From the NCBI GenBank assembly GCA_964247055.1, contig OZ176051.1:4898001-4962000 (forward strand): 64,000 nt of DNA, in the 5' to 3' direction. Source of the stretch: Paragordius varius. Taxonomy: Eukaryota; Animalia; Nematomorpha. Shown one piece after another: positions 12,699 to 24,657 of this stretch (position 1 is its first letter; every line of letters starts with the position of its first letter). The notes under the pieces were generated by a model. The model saw nothing but the letters and a program-made list of their open reading frames with translations, did not search any database and was not told the DNA's origin. Position numbers and translations under genes: made by a program.

Positions 12699-15371
12699 TC
12701 TATATATTTATAAAAATGGAAACTGCTGGCTTTGTGATCTGTTTCCGGAAAACCGGTAGACCCATTCAAATCCAAATGTCAAAAAAATATAATCAATAAT
12801 GAATGCCCCGACAATAGCTTCGCCCTTTTTTTGAATTAGGCCCCCAGTTCGGGCCCACCCCGTGTAAAAAACGTTTTTTTTTGAAAACACAAGTCCACAA
12901 AAATCGTGTCTTTGAGCCAATTATTCGGAAGACGTGTTGGACCATTTGATTTTAAATAAGATTTCTTTCACTTATTTTCGATTGCGCCGAACATAGTCGG
13001 CTAACTTTTAATTTAGGCCCTCTTTTTACCCGCTCCCCCCATAAAATCCAAAATAATTTTTTAAATCTATTTTTCGCCCAAGGTATGAGACCGTAAAGAC
13101 TCAATGAGAATTCCAGATATTTCCCGTATAAAGGCAAAAATTTTAGTCGTGTGTTTCTTTTATATTAACTGTTGGGTAAGGAGATACCCGATAAAAACTG
13201 CCCCGTCATATCGAAATAGCGTGATTTTGGGGCTAAATTTCAGAAAATCTATCAGGCCATATGATTCAAAAGATGCTTAAAGTATTACCCGTAACAAGGC
13301 AAAAATTTAGGTCGTATGGTTTATTAAAATTAGCCGTTAATTAGGCCCTTCACGCCCTGATAAATGCGCCACCATAGAATGATTTTTTTAGTTTGAGGCA
13401 ATTTTTCCAAAAACTCAAGAGAGCATATGTGAATCATGATTCCAGGTATTCGCCGTAAAAAGGCAAAAAATAATCAAGCTTTTGTATCATCCACTAGGTA
13501 GGGAGCTACCCACCTAAAACTGCGCCACCATATCTAAATTGCTTTGTATAGAAGTTAATTTTAAGAAAACTCAGACCATATAAGTTTAATAAGAGCCTAA
13601 AATATTATCCGTAAAAAGGCAAAAAAAGTCGAGCGGTTTTTTTTAAATTAGCCGTTAGTTAGGCCCTTTACTCCGTAAAAAATACACTATCATTGGACAA
13701 TTATTTAGTATTGAAGCCATTCTTCCAAAAACTATTAAGAAAATATGGATTCAATGATGATTCTAGGTATTCCCCTATAAAAGCAAAAAATTTTATGGAA
13801 CGTCTTATATTGGCTCTGGGTAGGGGGCTACCCGCCTACAACTGCGCCATCATATCGATGCAGCGTGACATATAAGTTTAACAAGGGCTTGAAATACCCG
13901 TAAAAAAGGCAAAATTAAGGTAGAACGATTTTATTAAATTTCCCCTCTATTAGGCCCTTGCCCTGAAAAATGCGCCACTATAAAATGACTTTTTTGGTTT
14001 TGATATTCTTCGAAAATCTCATTAGAACATATAGAATCAATCATTATTCAGGTATTACCCGAATTAAGGTAAAAATTTCAATCGAGCGTTTTTTGTGTCG
14101 CCCCTGGTAAGGGGGCTACCCGCATAAAACTGCGTCACCATATCGATACAGCAAGCCCTTAAAAATTTCAGATGAAACTATGTGACTTCAATAAGAAAAT
14201 ATTTACCACACCTTAAAAAACAATTATTTTAGTATAGGGAGTTATTTTAATGAGTCGCTAAGTAAAGTATTACGCCCTGAAAAATTCACCGCACAGAACA
14301 ATTTTTTAGTTTTAAAGGAATATTTCCACGAACTTATAGGAACATATGGAATCCATGATAATTCCAGATATTCCCCATATAAAGGCAAATATTTTTCCTG
14401 ACGCTCTTGTTATACCAGCCTCTGGGTAAGGAGCTGCCAGACAAAAACTGCACCATATATAGAAATTGCGTTGTTTTGGAGCTAATTTAGACAAAATTTA
14501 AGAAGCCATATGAGCTCATTAAAAGCTTGAAATATCACCCGTAACTAGGTAAAAATTAAGGTCAGGCGTTTTATTTATTAGCCGTTAATTTGGGCCCTTT
14601 ATGCCTGATAGAAGTAAGGTTATATAATACAGGAAGATAGAAGTAAAGTTATATTAAACAGAAAACATTAATTAAAATCCAGAAATCAAACATGTGTGTG
14701 TGATATTATAATACAGCAATTATATACTAATTATTTTGCTTGAAGCTACAATTAACATTAACTAGGTGTATCACAAAGAGTCATAAGTGTTTACAATTAT
14801 ATAGGTGCGTTTGTGTCTACGACAGTAGGATCTAACTTAAAAATGCCCAAATTATACGCCATCATATTACTATGATTTAGTGTTGAGGTATTTTTCAAAA
14901 AAACCCATGAGACGATGGTATTAAAGATGATTCCAAATATTTGCCCTATAAAGGCAAAAAATTTAACACAGCGCTTTTCCATATAGGTCTATGGGTAGGA
15001 GTCTGCAGGTTTAAAACTAAGTCTCCATACAAAAATGGCATGGTTTTGGAGCTAATTTTCAAAAAACTTAAGAAGCCATCCGAGTTCAATAAAGACTTTA
15101 AATAATAACCATAAAAAGGTAAAAGTTATAGTATCGGTTTTTTCTGTTGGTCGTTAATTTGGGGCTTCACACCAGTAAACAATATATTGATATGAATGCA
15201 CAGTTTTGAAAATTCTATGAAGCACCGTTTTAAAATCACATGATTAATATTTTGAAATAATCCACATATAATCACAGTTTCGTTGATCCCTTTTTTTAAA
15301 TAGCGCTTCCTTCTTCACCCTCAAGAAGTCCGACTTACTCGGGCTGCGTAGCAGCACGAGATTTACTCTAG
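12699..15371 (+). mobile_element. Non-autonomous Helitron, copy 1, with an internal tandem array
   Basis: 5' end is A|TCTATATATTTATAAAAATGG. 3' end has the hairpin CTCGGGCTGC-GTA-GCAGCACGAG, then 7 nt, then CTAG|T. There is no TSD, and no Rep/helicase ORF. A homologous copy lies at 20594-22078. Confidence 0.82.
13100..15180 (+). repeat. Diverged tandem array inside Helitron copy 1: ~155-bp monomers forming ~315-bp dimers
   Basis: AAAGGCAAAAA-type anchors recur about every 150-165 bp. GGGGCTACC...AACTGCGCCA(C)CATATC and TTAGGCCC alternate with ~310-320 bp spacing. Confidence 0.75.
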
Positions 15372-17904
15372 TTATATATAAATATGGACTTGTATGAATT
15401 ATAAAAAATATTTTGTTTATTATCCTCTTTTTAAATTTTTTAAAATTAGTTATTATCGGTCATTAAAAATCTTGCATACTTAACCAACTTAATTTCTTTA
15501 TCATGACTTACGTGCACAAAATCGGCTAGTATCTGATTAATTAGGATTTTATGGTGCCTTTGTTTTTGGGCGCGCGTAATTTAAAAAGTTAGTTCCTTGA
15601 AAAATTAGCGCTTTTATTGAGTAATTCATGGTAAAAATTTAAGGCTTTAAACCCCATACATTATAATTCACCATAGATTTTATTTTAAAAATAAAACAAT
15701 ATATATTATTTGAATTTTTGATGCAGGCTCCAAAAGTTTCTATTATTAGAACCCTTTAAATTTAGGTTTTTTTAAATATAAAGGCATAAATCCCGAAATT
15801 GCGTGATAACAATTTTTAAGGCTTCCATTAAAAATGCATACTTTGTTCAAAAATTTAGCTGTTTGAAAAGTTTATATAAATTGTGTTTTTTTAATATTAC
15901 CCAAGCACAATCTGCTAATATTCAGAGATAATAAAAATCTTTAGCAGTATCGAATATATAATTTTTATAACATCTTAAGACGGTGGTACTCAAACCGCGG
16001 CCCTAACGATGCTTTTTTATGGCACTAGAATATTCATACCTGAAGTCATTTTAGCACTTATTTTTTCTAATTTCCATTGCAAAAACGGAAGCTGAATATC
16101 ACTCTTTAAAATGTGAAGAAAAATATTTAATGTAAAATTAAATCACATTTTGAACTCATTTTTATTAAAAAAAACCTAAATACATCCGACAATATAAAAA
16201 TTAGCTCAAGTTATCATTTCGGTTCCCCCTAAACATCCGAGCGGTATATTTAAAAAACGTTTAAAATTGTATAAATTGTTTAACAGATGCCCAAAACAAC
16301 GTATTAGGATTGCATGATGCCAAATCACATGTTTTTGTCCACTTATGTGATTGTTAATTTGATTTATTATCAACATTTTTCTATTTAAATAAAATATGGT
16401 GCATTTTAGATGAAATTTGTATGCGATCCGCTAGAAATTTCTGGCTGATATAATGAATAAATAGTATCAAACACCTGGTGAATTCATATTAAGGTAATAA
16501 AAAAGTATTTTTTTCGGCTCGTAGATTTTTTTAGGGTTGACTACTATAGAGTGATTTTAAAAATATCGATATCAACCAACAATCCGTGCAAATCCCAATA
16601 CAAATATTAATTTGTCATAAAACAGACTTGTTACAGGAAATCGTAAGGATTGTTGGTTGATATTCCACTACTTTTAAATCCTATTTTACATAAATTATAT
16701 ACTTAATAATGCCTAATCATGTAAGAATTCAAAATAAAACAGTATAAATTTTTTATATACTCATAAACCAAATGACAAAAAAAATGCAAAAATAAAAAAA
16801 CAATATTTTTGGTTTTATTTTGATTTAGAAGTTTATTTTCTGAATAAAATATGAATGTTAAGATTTTAATAGTGAGTTTAGGTAGTAAATAATTAAAAAA
16901 ATTATTTTAATATAGTTTCATTAATTTTTTATGTCTTTTAAGTGTGATAAAAGAAAAACGCCATCTTTTGACCTAAAATTTTATAGAAACCCAAACTATA
17001 TGATAATATATGATAATAAACCATAATAATTCAAATTTTATCCTTATTTTTTGAAATAGCCTTAATTATCCTTAATTTTCACTTTTTGCCCGATTTCGAT
17101 TTTCTATCAATATTTCAAAATTAGGTTGTCAACAAATAAAAATTTTTGCGGCAAATGAATACGCTGGTCATAAGCTATCTCAAAACAAAATTTTTTCGTT
17201 AAATCAAAATGACCCTCTTTTTGCACACAGTATATATATATATATATATATATAGAAATTTATTTTAATAAAACAAGCCAATTTAGGAGTCCAAAAACAA
17301 AGACTTTCCGAGTCCACATTTAATATTCTGTTTTTTAAATAGTTTATGTTATTTGCAAAATATTTTGACGGACTTAAGCTTTTCTGATAAAATTTGTATA
17401 CTAATTTTGCGATTTATTTAATACAAGTGCGATAAAAGTGGATTATTGTGACATGTAAATTCCAAAACCAAAAACACGATAAAATCCTGACTTATTTTAT
17501 ACATTTTTTCAGTGCAGTCAGGTTAATTGCAAACTTTTAATTTACTAAATCAGCAGCTTATTGGGTCTAAGTATTTCCGATGTAAAGTTTTTGCGTTTGA
17601 TTACTCTTCGGTGGTTTTCTTCAGAGTGATTACAAAATAATTGAAATATTATCTATGGTGTGCTAAATTTAAATATGCATTTTAGGGGGAAAGCGCTTTT
17701 AGAAAAATGTATAAAATTGTGAAAAAATCATCTCAAACTCTTACCCGCCAAATATTTTTTTGGATTCAGGATGATTTAAGAAAATGGGGAAAGTATTAAT
17801 AAAAACTTACATTAGATTATTTGGAGTATATTTAGACAGCTTTTGTTTAAGAATTTATTAATTTTTAAATCACACCAGTTTGTTTCATTTTGGATTTTAT
17901 TTAA

Positions 17905-18439
17905 CACTTGGATACAACACACTCATTTTAGTCCTTCGATTCAAATTGGGGTAGTTAAATACCCCTAAAAAATTTGGAAGGAATCAAAACCATAGCAAAG
18001 TTTGCACTTATATAACATTAATAAACCGTAATATATAAAAAAATTTATTCAAAAATATTTGTTAATACTTATTTTAAGCTAAAACCGAAAGGTAGAAATT
18101 TAGTCAACGAGACATGTTTGTAATAATAAAATTGAAAAATAATTAAAAATAAACCGCTTTTTCTATTTCTATCAATGTTTGTAAAATAAAAAAAGTAGCT
18201 TTAATATCCTTAAAATTAAATGAACGATATTCAAAAAATTTCAAAATAAAAATGGCGTCAAAGTAGTTTGACATGGAGCGTTTTTTTAAAACAAAATTAT
18301 TTTTAGATATTTTGGCAAATTTATATAATTTTTATTAAGATGGAAGCATAAATTTAAATTGGGACGTTTCCTTCAGTAGGTTTTTAAAAATCCCAATTCA
18401 AATTTAGTGTGGGTTATTTAGATACCCCAATTTGAATCG
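17905..18439 (+). mobile_element. Family A MITE, right terminus eroded
   Basis: TTAA-CACTTGGATACAAC at the start, with high similarity to 811-1382 and 49966-50546. Confidence 0.75.
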
Positions 18440-18621
18440 TTTTAACTATAATAAAATGAACACTATGACACAGATAAATATGAAGAAAAACTCATTTATT
18501 ATAGAATAATATACTAGCCTGAATAGTATTTTGATAAATATAATTTATATATTTAATTATGCAACTTTATTAAAAAGACGACATAAGATGGTCGCAAATA
18601 TATTTAAAGCGCTTTAACTCA

Positions 18622-19060
18622 TTTTTAGCGATGCCAAAACATCTTGATAAAATTTTGTTTTGAAAAAAAAGCTCCATCTCAAACTACTGCGACGCCATTT
18701 TTATTTTGAAATTTTTTGAATATCGTTCATTTAATTTTAAGGATAAAATTAATACTTTTTTTATTTTACAAACATTGATAGAAATAGAAAAAGCGGTTTT
18801 TTTTAATTATTTTTCAATTTTATTTACAAACATGTCTCGTTGACTAAATTTTTACCTTTCGGTTTTAGTTTAAAATAAGTAATAACAAATATTTTTAAAT
18901 AAATTTTTTTATATATTATGGTTTATTAATGTTATATAAGTGCAAACTTTGCTATGGTTTTGATTCCTTCCAAATTTTTTAAAGAATTTAATTTTAAACA
19001 GCCTGGGGTATCCATCTACCCCAATTTGAATCGAAGGACTGAGTGTATTGTATCCAAGTG
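18622..19060 (-). mobile_element. Family A MITE, truncated reverse copy
   Basis: Reverse complement of the family A body, ending TTGTATCCAAGTG at 19060. Confidence 0.72.
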
Positions 19061-19124
19061 AATTTGTTAATTTTTAAAATATTTGAACTCGGCCATAATT
19101 AATATAGTTTTTATCAGTCCCAAA

Positions 19125-19594
19125 ATGAATGAACAAAATAAAGTTAGCTATGATTTGAATTTCTTAGATATATGAAAACACTTATTTATGTCAACTATTA
19201 GTGCAGGATGTTATTCAGAAGACATCAGAATTTTACCAGGGTTTACGGACTATACAAGTTGAATTAAAAAATATTCTTAGATGCCTATTTCTTTGAACAA
19301 TAAGATATCGGTTCAGTTTGATAAAACAAAAAAGCTTACCGAGCTTTTACAACAAGTTACTAACAATTTTCAACAATTGAAATCTTATAATTTTGATAAC
19401 AATCTTAATTGTTTAAATATGTTAGAAGAAAAGAGTGCATTTATTGAAAGCGAAGAGCAAAAACAGCTAAAACAAGTTTTGGTTATATAAACATAAAGGT
19501 TCTTGTTGATAAAAACAATGAAATATACGATTTAATATGTCTTATCCGATCTATTATATACCAAATCAATTTAATTCAAAGATATAATAAATAA
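19125..19594 (+). CDS. MED30: Mediator subunit 30-like protein, 132 aa, exons 19125-19142, 19168-19257, 19281-19475, 19499-19594
   Basis: Removing three GT-AG introns of 25, 23 and 23 nt (all phase 0) gives one ORF. LCQLLVQDVIQKTSEFYQGLRTIQMP resembles MED30 LCRIGQETVQDIVYRTMEIFQLLRNMQLP. The C-terminal DKNNEIYDLICLIRSIIYQIN resembles QKNQQLKQIMDQLRNLIWDIN. Confidence 0.75.
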
Positions 19595-19879
19595 TATTAT
19601 ATATTGTAACCTTAATTAAATTAATAGCTATAATCTGTTATGCATCACTGGCATTTACATTTTTGATTATTTCTTATTCTGCAACTAATCATGTAGCGTA
19701 TTATACAGCGGGATGGTAATTTTCTTTTTTTTAAATGGCGACGATATTTAAATATCAACGAATACACACAACTGCTAAAGAGATTTTATTTGGAAACTGA
19801 CGATGGATGAACAGTTTGCTTATGTAATTTTACAGATACTAAACATAATTTTTTTTAAAAAATGTACTATAACTCTGCT

Positions 19880-20400
19880 GGATTAGCATGTTAATAATGA
19901 AATTTTGGGCCACACGTTTTCCCGAAAATTTCTAGATAGACACGATTTTTTTTGGGAGCGGATTTTAAATCGGTTGCTCATTTATTGAATAAAAATTTAA
20001 TAATACTGTTTGTTTAAAATTTTTGCCAATATAAGCAAAATACCTTTTCCCATATTCAATCCATATGGTCTTTTCCGAAGAGTCGCTTAGGTTGTTTTAA
20101 TATGAGGGTGTGTTCTACAAATGGTGAAACTCTATCCAGCTGTCAATTAGAAATAAACGATATGAATTTGATTTTATTCTGGGAATGCTTAAAATCATTT
20201 GTAGTCTCTGACGGAAAATGTCTCAAAAGTGTCTTAGTTTTTTTGCAAAAAAATTGTCATATAAAGAAGGAGGGGCTAAATACTAAAGTAAATTCAAAAA
20301 TCAGCTCCGATTATATAAAACGTTGTCAAAAAATAATAAAAATGAATGGATACTATTTTTCCAGAAAAATTTAACACGATGTTTAAGGATGACATACTTT
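19880..20400 (-). pseudogene. Possible highly degenerate Tc1-like transposase remnant
   Basis: Minus-strand translation KRLFGKDHMD*IWEKVF...QKF loosely resembles the Tc1 pattern RL.FA..H..W...W..V.FSDE.KF. There are stops, and no terminal repeats were found. Confidence 0.3.
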
Positions 20401-20593
20401 ACTCTTTTTTGCAATAGGTGGGTTTTAATTGTAGGCTTTACACTACAGTTGGCGCATTTCAAATGAAAAAATATTCAACTTTTTTTTTGAAAGAGCCTCC
20501 ACGTATACAATAAAATGTCTAAGCCAACATTTAACATTTTTATTAATATATAGACAAATGAGATATTTTAGTGTAATTAATAAATATTTGTAA

Positions 20594-22078
20594 CTAGCGT
20601 AAATCTCGTGTGCTACGCAGCCCAAGGAAGTCCTTCGGACTTCTGGGGGGGCTAATTGAAATAAGAGACAATATAATGATCCACATATGTGGATTATTTT
20701 GAAACATTATTTAATAGATATAATTTTATAGGAATTAAAAAACGGTGCATTCATACTAATATATTATTTACTTGGGGGAAAAATAGATTTAAAAAATTAT
20801 TTTTGTGGACTTTGGTTTTTGAAAAAAAATGGCATTTTACGGGGGTAGCGGGTAAAAAGAGGGCCTAAATCAAAAAAGTGAGTCGACTATGTTCAGCGCG
20901 ATCAAATAAGTAAACAAAAATCATATTTGAAATTGAATGGTCCAACACGTTCTCCAAAAAATTGACTCAACCCATTTTTCACACGGGGTAGGCCCGAACT
21001 GGGGACCTAATTCCAAAAAAGGGCGAAGCTATTGTCGGGACATTTATTAATGATTATATTTTTTCAATATTTGGATTTGATTAGGTTTCGGAAACAGATC
21101 ACAAAGTTACATTAGGAATCAGTTTTTGCGGGTAGCTCCTTACCCAGCAGCTATCATCAAAGAAACGCTTGACTAAAATTTTTGCCTTTCAACAGGGAAA
21201 TACGTGGAATCCACATTGAATTTTTACGGTCTCATACCTAGGGCAAAAAATAGATTTAAAATAATATTTTTGTGGACTTTGTTTTTTAAAAAAATGGCAT
21301 TTTACGGGGGGAGCGGGTAAAAAGAGGGCCTAAATTAAAAAAGCGAGACGACTATGTTCGGCGAAATCGAAAATAAGCAAACAAAAATCATATTTGAAAT
21401 TGAATGGTCCAACACGTTCTCCAAAAAATTGACTTAACCCCTTTTTCACACGGGTAGGCCCGAACTGGGGACCTAATTCCAAAAAAGGGCGAAGCTATTG
21501 TCGGGACATCTATTAATGTTTTTCGATATTTGGATTTGATTGAGTTCACCGGTTTTCCGGAAACACAAAGTTACATGAGGAATCAGTTTTTAGCGGGTAG
21601 CTCCTTACCCAGCAGCTATCTTCAAAGAAACGCTTGACTAAATATTTGCCTTTTAACAGGGAATACTATTGAATTTTTACGGTCTCATACCTAGGGCGAA
21701 AAATAGATTTAAAAAATTATTTTTGTGGACTTAGTTTTTTAAAAAAATGGCATTTTACGGGGGGAGCGGATAAAAAGATAGCCTAAATCAAAAAAGCGAG
21801 ACAACTATGTTCGGCCAATCGAAAATAAGTAAACAAAAATCATATTTGAAATTGAATGGTCCAACACGTTACGATTTTTGTGGACTTATGTTTTCAAAAA
21901 AAACCGTTTTTCACACGGGGTGGGCCCGAACTGCGGGCCTATTTCAAAAAAGGGCGAAGCTATTGTCGGGGCATTCATTAATGATTATATTTTTTCGAAG
22001 TTTGGATTTGAATGGGTCTACCGGTTTTCCGGTACCAGATCACAAAGCCAGCATTTTCCATTTTTATAAATATATGGA
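20594..22078 (-). mobile_element. Non-autonomous Helitron, copy 2, with a triplicated 5' segment
   Basis: On the minus strand: A|TCCATATATTTATAAAAATGG at the 5' end, and the same 3' hairpin followed by CTAG|T. Both ends match copy 1. Confidence 0.82.
20780..22078 (-). repeat. Three tandem ~460-bp units inside Helitron copy 2
   Basis: TAGATTTAAA anchors at 20784, 21251 and 21704 (periods 467 and 453 bp), with near-identical flanks. Confidence 0.88.
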
Positions 22079-22123
22079 TTTAGTAAAATAAGCTTATATT
22101 ATGATAATTAGCATGCATTTTAG

Positions 22124-22166
<43 letters not shown>

Positions 22167-23166
22167 AAACACCTAAATTAATTTGATAAACAGTTTTTGA
22201 TATTTTTCAAGTTGTAACTAACCGTTTTGTCATGCACTATTTTATAGAATGCTAGAATATAAAATTATGATATTAATGAGCTAAATAATTTTGGAGCAAC
22301 CTGATTTATGTTATGTGGACTCTTACTATCCGGCACCCAGATAATCTGGAGAGAAAATAAATAAATGTTTTTAAAAATGGAAATAACTATTTATAATACC
22401 TCCATACAACAGATACAATAAATGTAAAAAATCCAATTGGAAGGCGAAACTAGCTTAATAGGCTTAAGACCAGCTTAGCGCTATAGATGTATTTAGTGTA
22501 ATATGCAATTATCATGCAGGCCAAAATTCATAAGGAAAAATGCGGTGAACCAAACAGCCTCTAAAAGTAAAGTTTGATCTCGATTCGGCGACTTTTAATC
22601 TTGCACACTACTGTCATAGATTATTTCAATTTATGGCATAATAATTATTTAAAGAATATTTCTTATAATCATTGGAATTTCGATTATCAACTAAATGTTA
22701 CAACTCTTAGATTTACATTATGTATTTAAACGATAAGAAGTGTAATCCAACCTTTTGATTCATCTCTTCTAATTATGGAAAAACATATTTTTAAAAAGCA
22801 CAGATTGGAACTAGAATGCATTTTTTGGACGCAAAACACACCTTTGAAGGAGCTTTAACCGACATCATGGTAACGGTTTCTTTTAAAAATAATATTTTTT
22901 TTAAAAATTTCAAAATTAATCTTGAATCAACTTTCGCTGTTTTATTATTTTATGGAAAAAAAATTCATTCTTATATCAACCGCTTGAACAATTGCTTGAG
23001 GGATGAAGAATTTTCTTGGCCGGTATTTTTATTCTCAGATGCTTACTTTGAATTATTTATAGATCCGTGAATATGGTCTAGGTAAATGATATTATACACA
23101 TATTTAAGGTATCATAGACACATTCGGATTGAAAATTGTAGATAGGATTATGGTGAATAGAAAATT

Positions 23167-23359
23167 GCATTTATTTTTTAAGCTCTTTTTTACAGTAAAT
23201 AGTTGTTCAATATGGTATTAAAACTAGAGATATTTAGTTATAGGGAACATGAACACCCCAGAAAGCATATTTTTTAAGCTCTTTTTTACAGTAAATAGTT
23301 GTTCAATATGGTATTAAAACTAGAGATATTTAGTTATAGGGAACATGAACACCCCAGAA
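23167..23359. repeat. Direct tandem duplication, 98-bp unit x2
   Basis: GCAT...TTTTTAAGCTCTTTTTTACAG...GAACACCCCAGAA repeats at 23167 and 23265. Confidence 0.9.
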
Positions 23360-23466
23360 CGCAAGCTGGTAAATAAAAAACATTTCCTACATTTTTAGCA
23401 TGCGTAAGCTTTTCACAATTTATTGGATCTTTTTTTGCCTGACTAAGACTGATGTGAATTTAAGTC

Positions 23467-23576
23467 AGTAAGATAGTAAGACGGTAAGACAGAAAGATAG
23501 TAAGACGGTAAGACAGTAAGATAGTAAGACGGTAAGACAGTAAGATAGTAAGACAGTAAGCATAAGACAGTAAGAT
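23467..23576 (+). repeat. 8-mer minisatellite (A/G)GTAAGA(C/T) in the left arm of the Harbinger-like element; mirror array at ~25125-25227
   Basis: About 13 degenerate copies are read directly from the sequence. Confidence 0.9.
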
Positions 23577-24229
23577 ATTTGTATAAAAAACATACATTCG
23601 TGATAAGTCTGCTAATAGGAGACTTATCAAAATTTCAAAGTATTATAACTTGAAAAATATTGCATCTTTTTGAATTCTGTAAACCGGAGGATTGAAAGTC
23701 AGGTATCCTTTACAAATAATATATAGGGTTGAGTGAAAATGCGTAATTCTTTCGACACGAAACTGAGTTTACTAAACACCTCCAAAAATTGTATAAATCT
23801 TAAAAAATATATAAAAAATCTTGGGTATTATAGAAGAAAATGGCATCTATACCATTGTTTCTTATTTGGTAAATATTTTTTTTATATTTTTACAGTTTTA
23901 ACAATTTTTTTTAAAAAAATTGTACTTCATGGTTCTGACAACAACAAAAATAAATATAGCTAAATATTATTATAATAAATTTGAATTTTGTATTCTAAAA
24001 TCAGCTTTTAACCCGATAATAACCGTTTTCCCCTAAAATTTTACATGCAGAACGATATCAGATCCAGGGAAGTTTTGGTGGAATTACTTGAAAAGTAAAT
24101 TATTAATAAATAATTAAAAATTTTTAGATCATCTCTTCCATATTTTCCAGACAATAAGTATATTTTTATAATAATTATTTAGTCAGTTAAATTCGCTCAT
24201 CACAATCATTGGATTTATTTTTACTAAAT

Positions 24230-24657
24230 TTATTTAAGGATAAATATTTTGGGTATCTGTATATTATTTAATAATATTAAACCAAACGTATCAAAATTAT
24301 TGCCTTGATTTTTATGACCTTGTATTTCGCTACTGGATGAATATTCAAGTAATGAGTATAATTTTTTTTCATATTCCAGAAAAATAGGTGGCTTTTTGTT
24401 TCCAGTTTGTTTCATTTTTTGCAACTTCTTTTTAATCGTATATTTAATATTAGTAAACATCTTCTGTACCTGTTTTAAGTTCTGGCCATCATTAACTTTT
24501 GTTATATATTCACTAAACAATAAATCCCATTGATCTTTGTGCATAACTAAACTGTTGGATTTTCTAGAATATAATATTGGAAATCTATATATTTATTAAT
24601 AATTTACTTTTCAAGTAATTCCACCAAAACTTCCCTGGATCTGATATCGTTCTGCAT
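24230..24657 (-). CDS. Myb/SANT-like (trihelix/MADF-type) DNA-binding protein of a transposon; exon 1 24657-24608, 23-nt intron 24607-24585, exon 2 from 24584
   Basis: Spliced translation MQNDIRSREVLVELLEKFPILYSRKSNSLVMHKDQWDLLFSEY...KQVQKMFTNIKYTIKKKLQKMKQTGNKKPP fits the W..L...N.K...KK...TG pattern of Harbinger-associated Myb/SANT-like proteins. The 3' end is uncertain because a 26-nt intron near 24258-24283 is possible. Confidence 0.65.

Noticed and set aside
12708-14982. Short ORFs within the Helitrons (also 21807-22091 and 21878-22069)
   Set aside because: They lie in tandem non-coding units, the frames are not conserved between units, and there are no Rep or helicase motifs.
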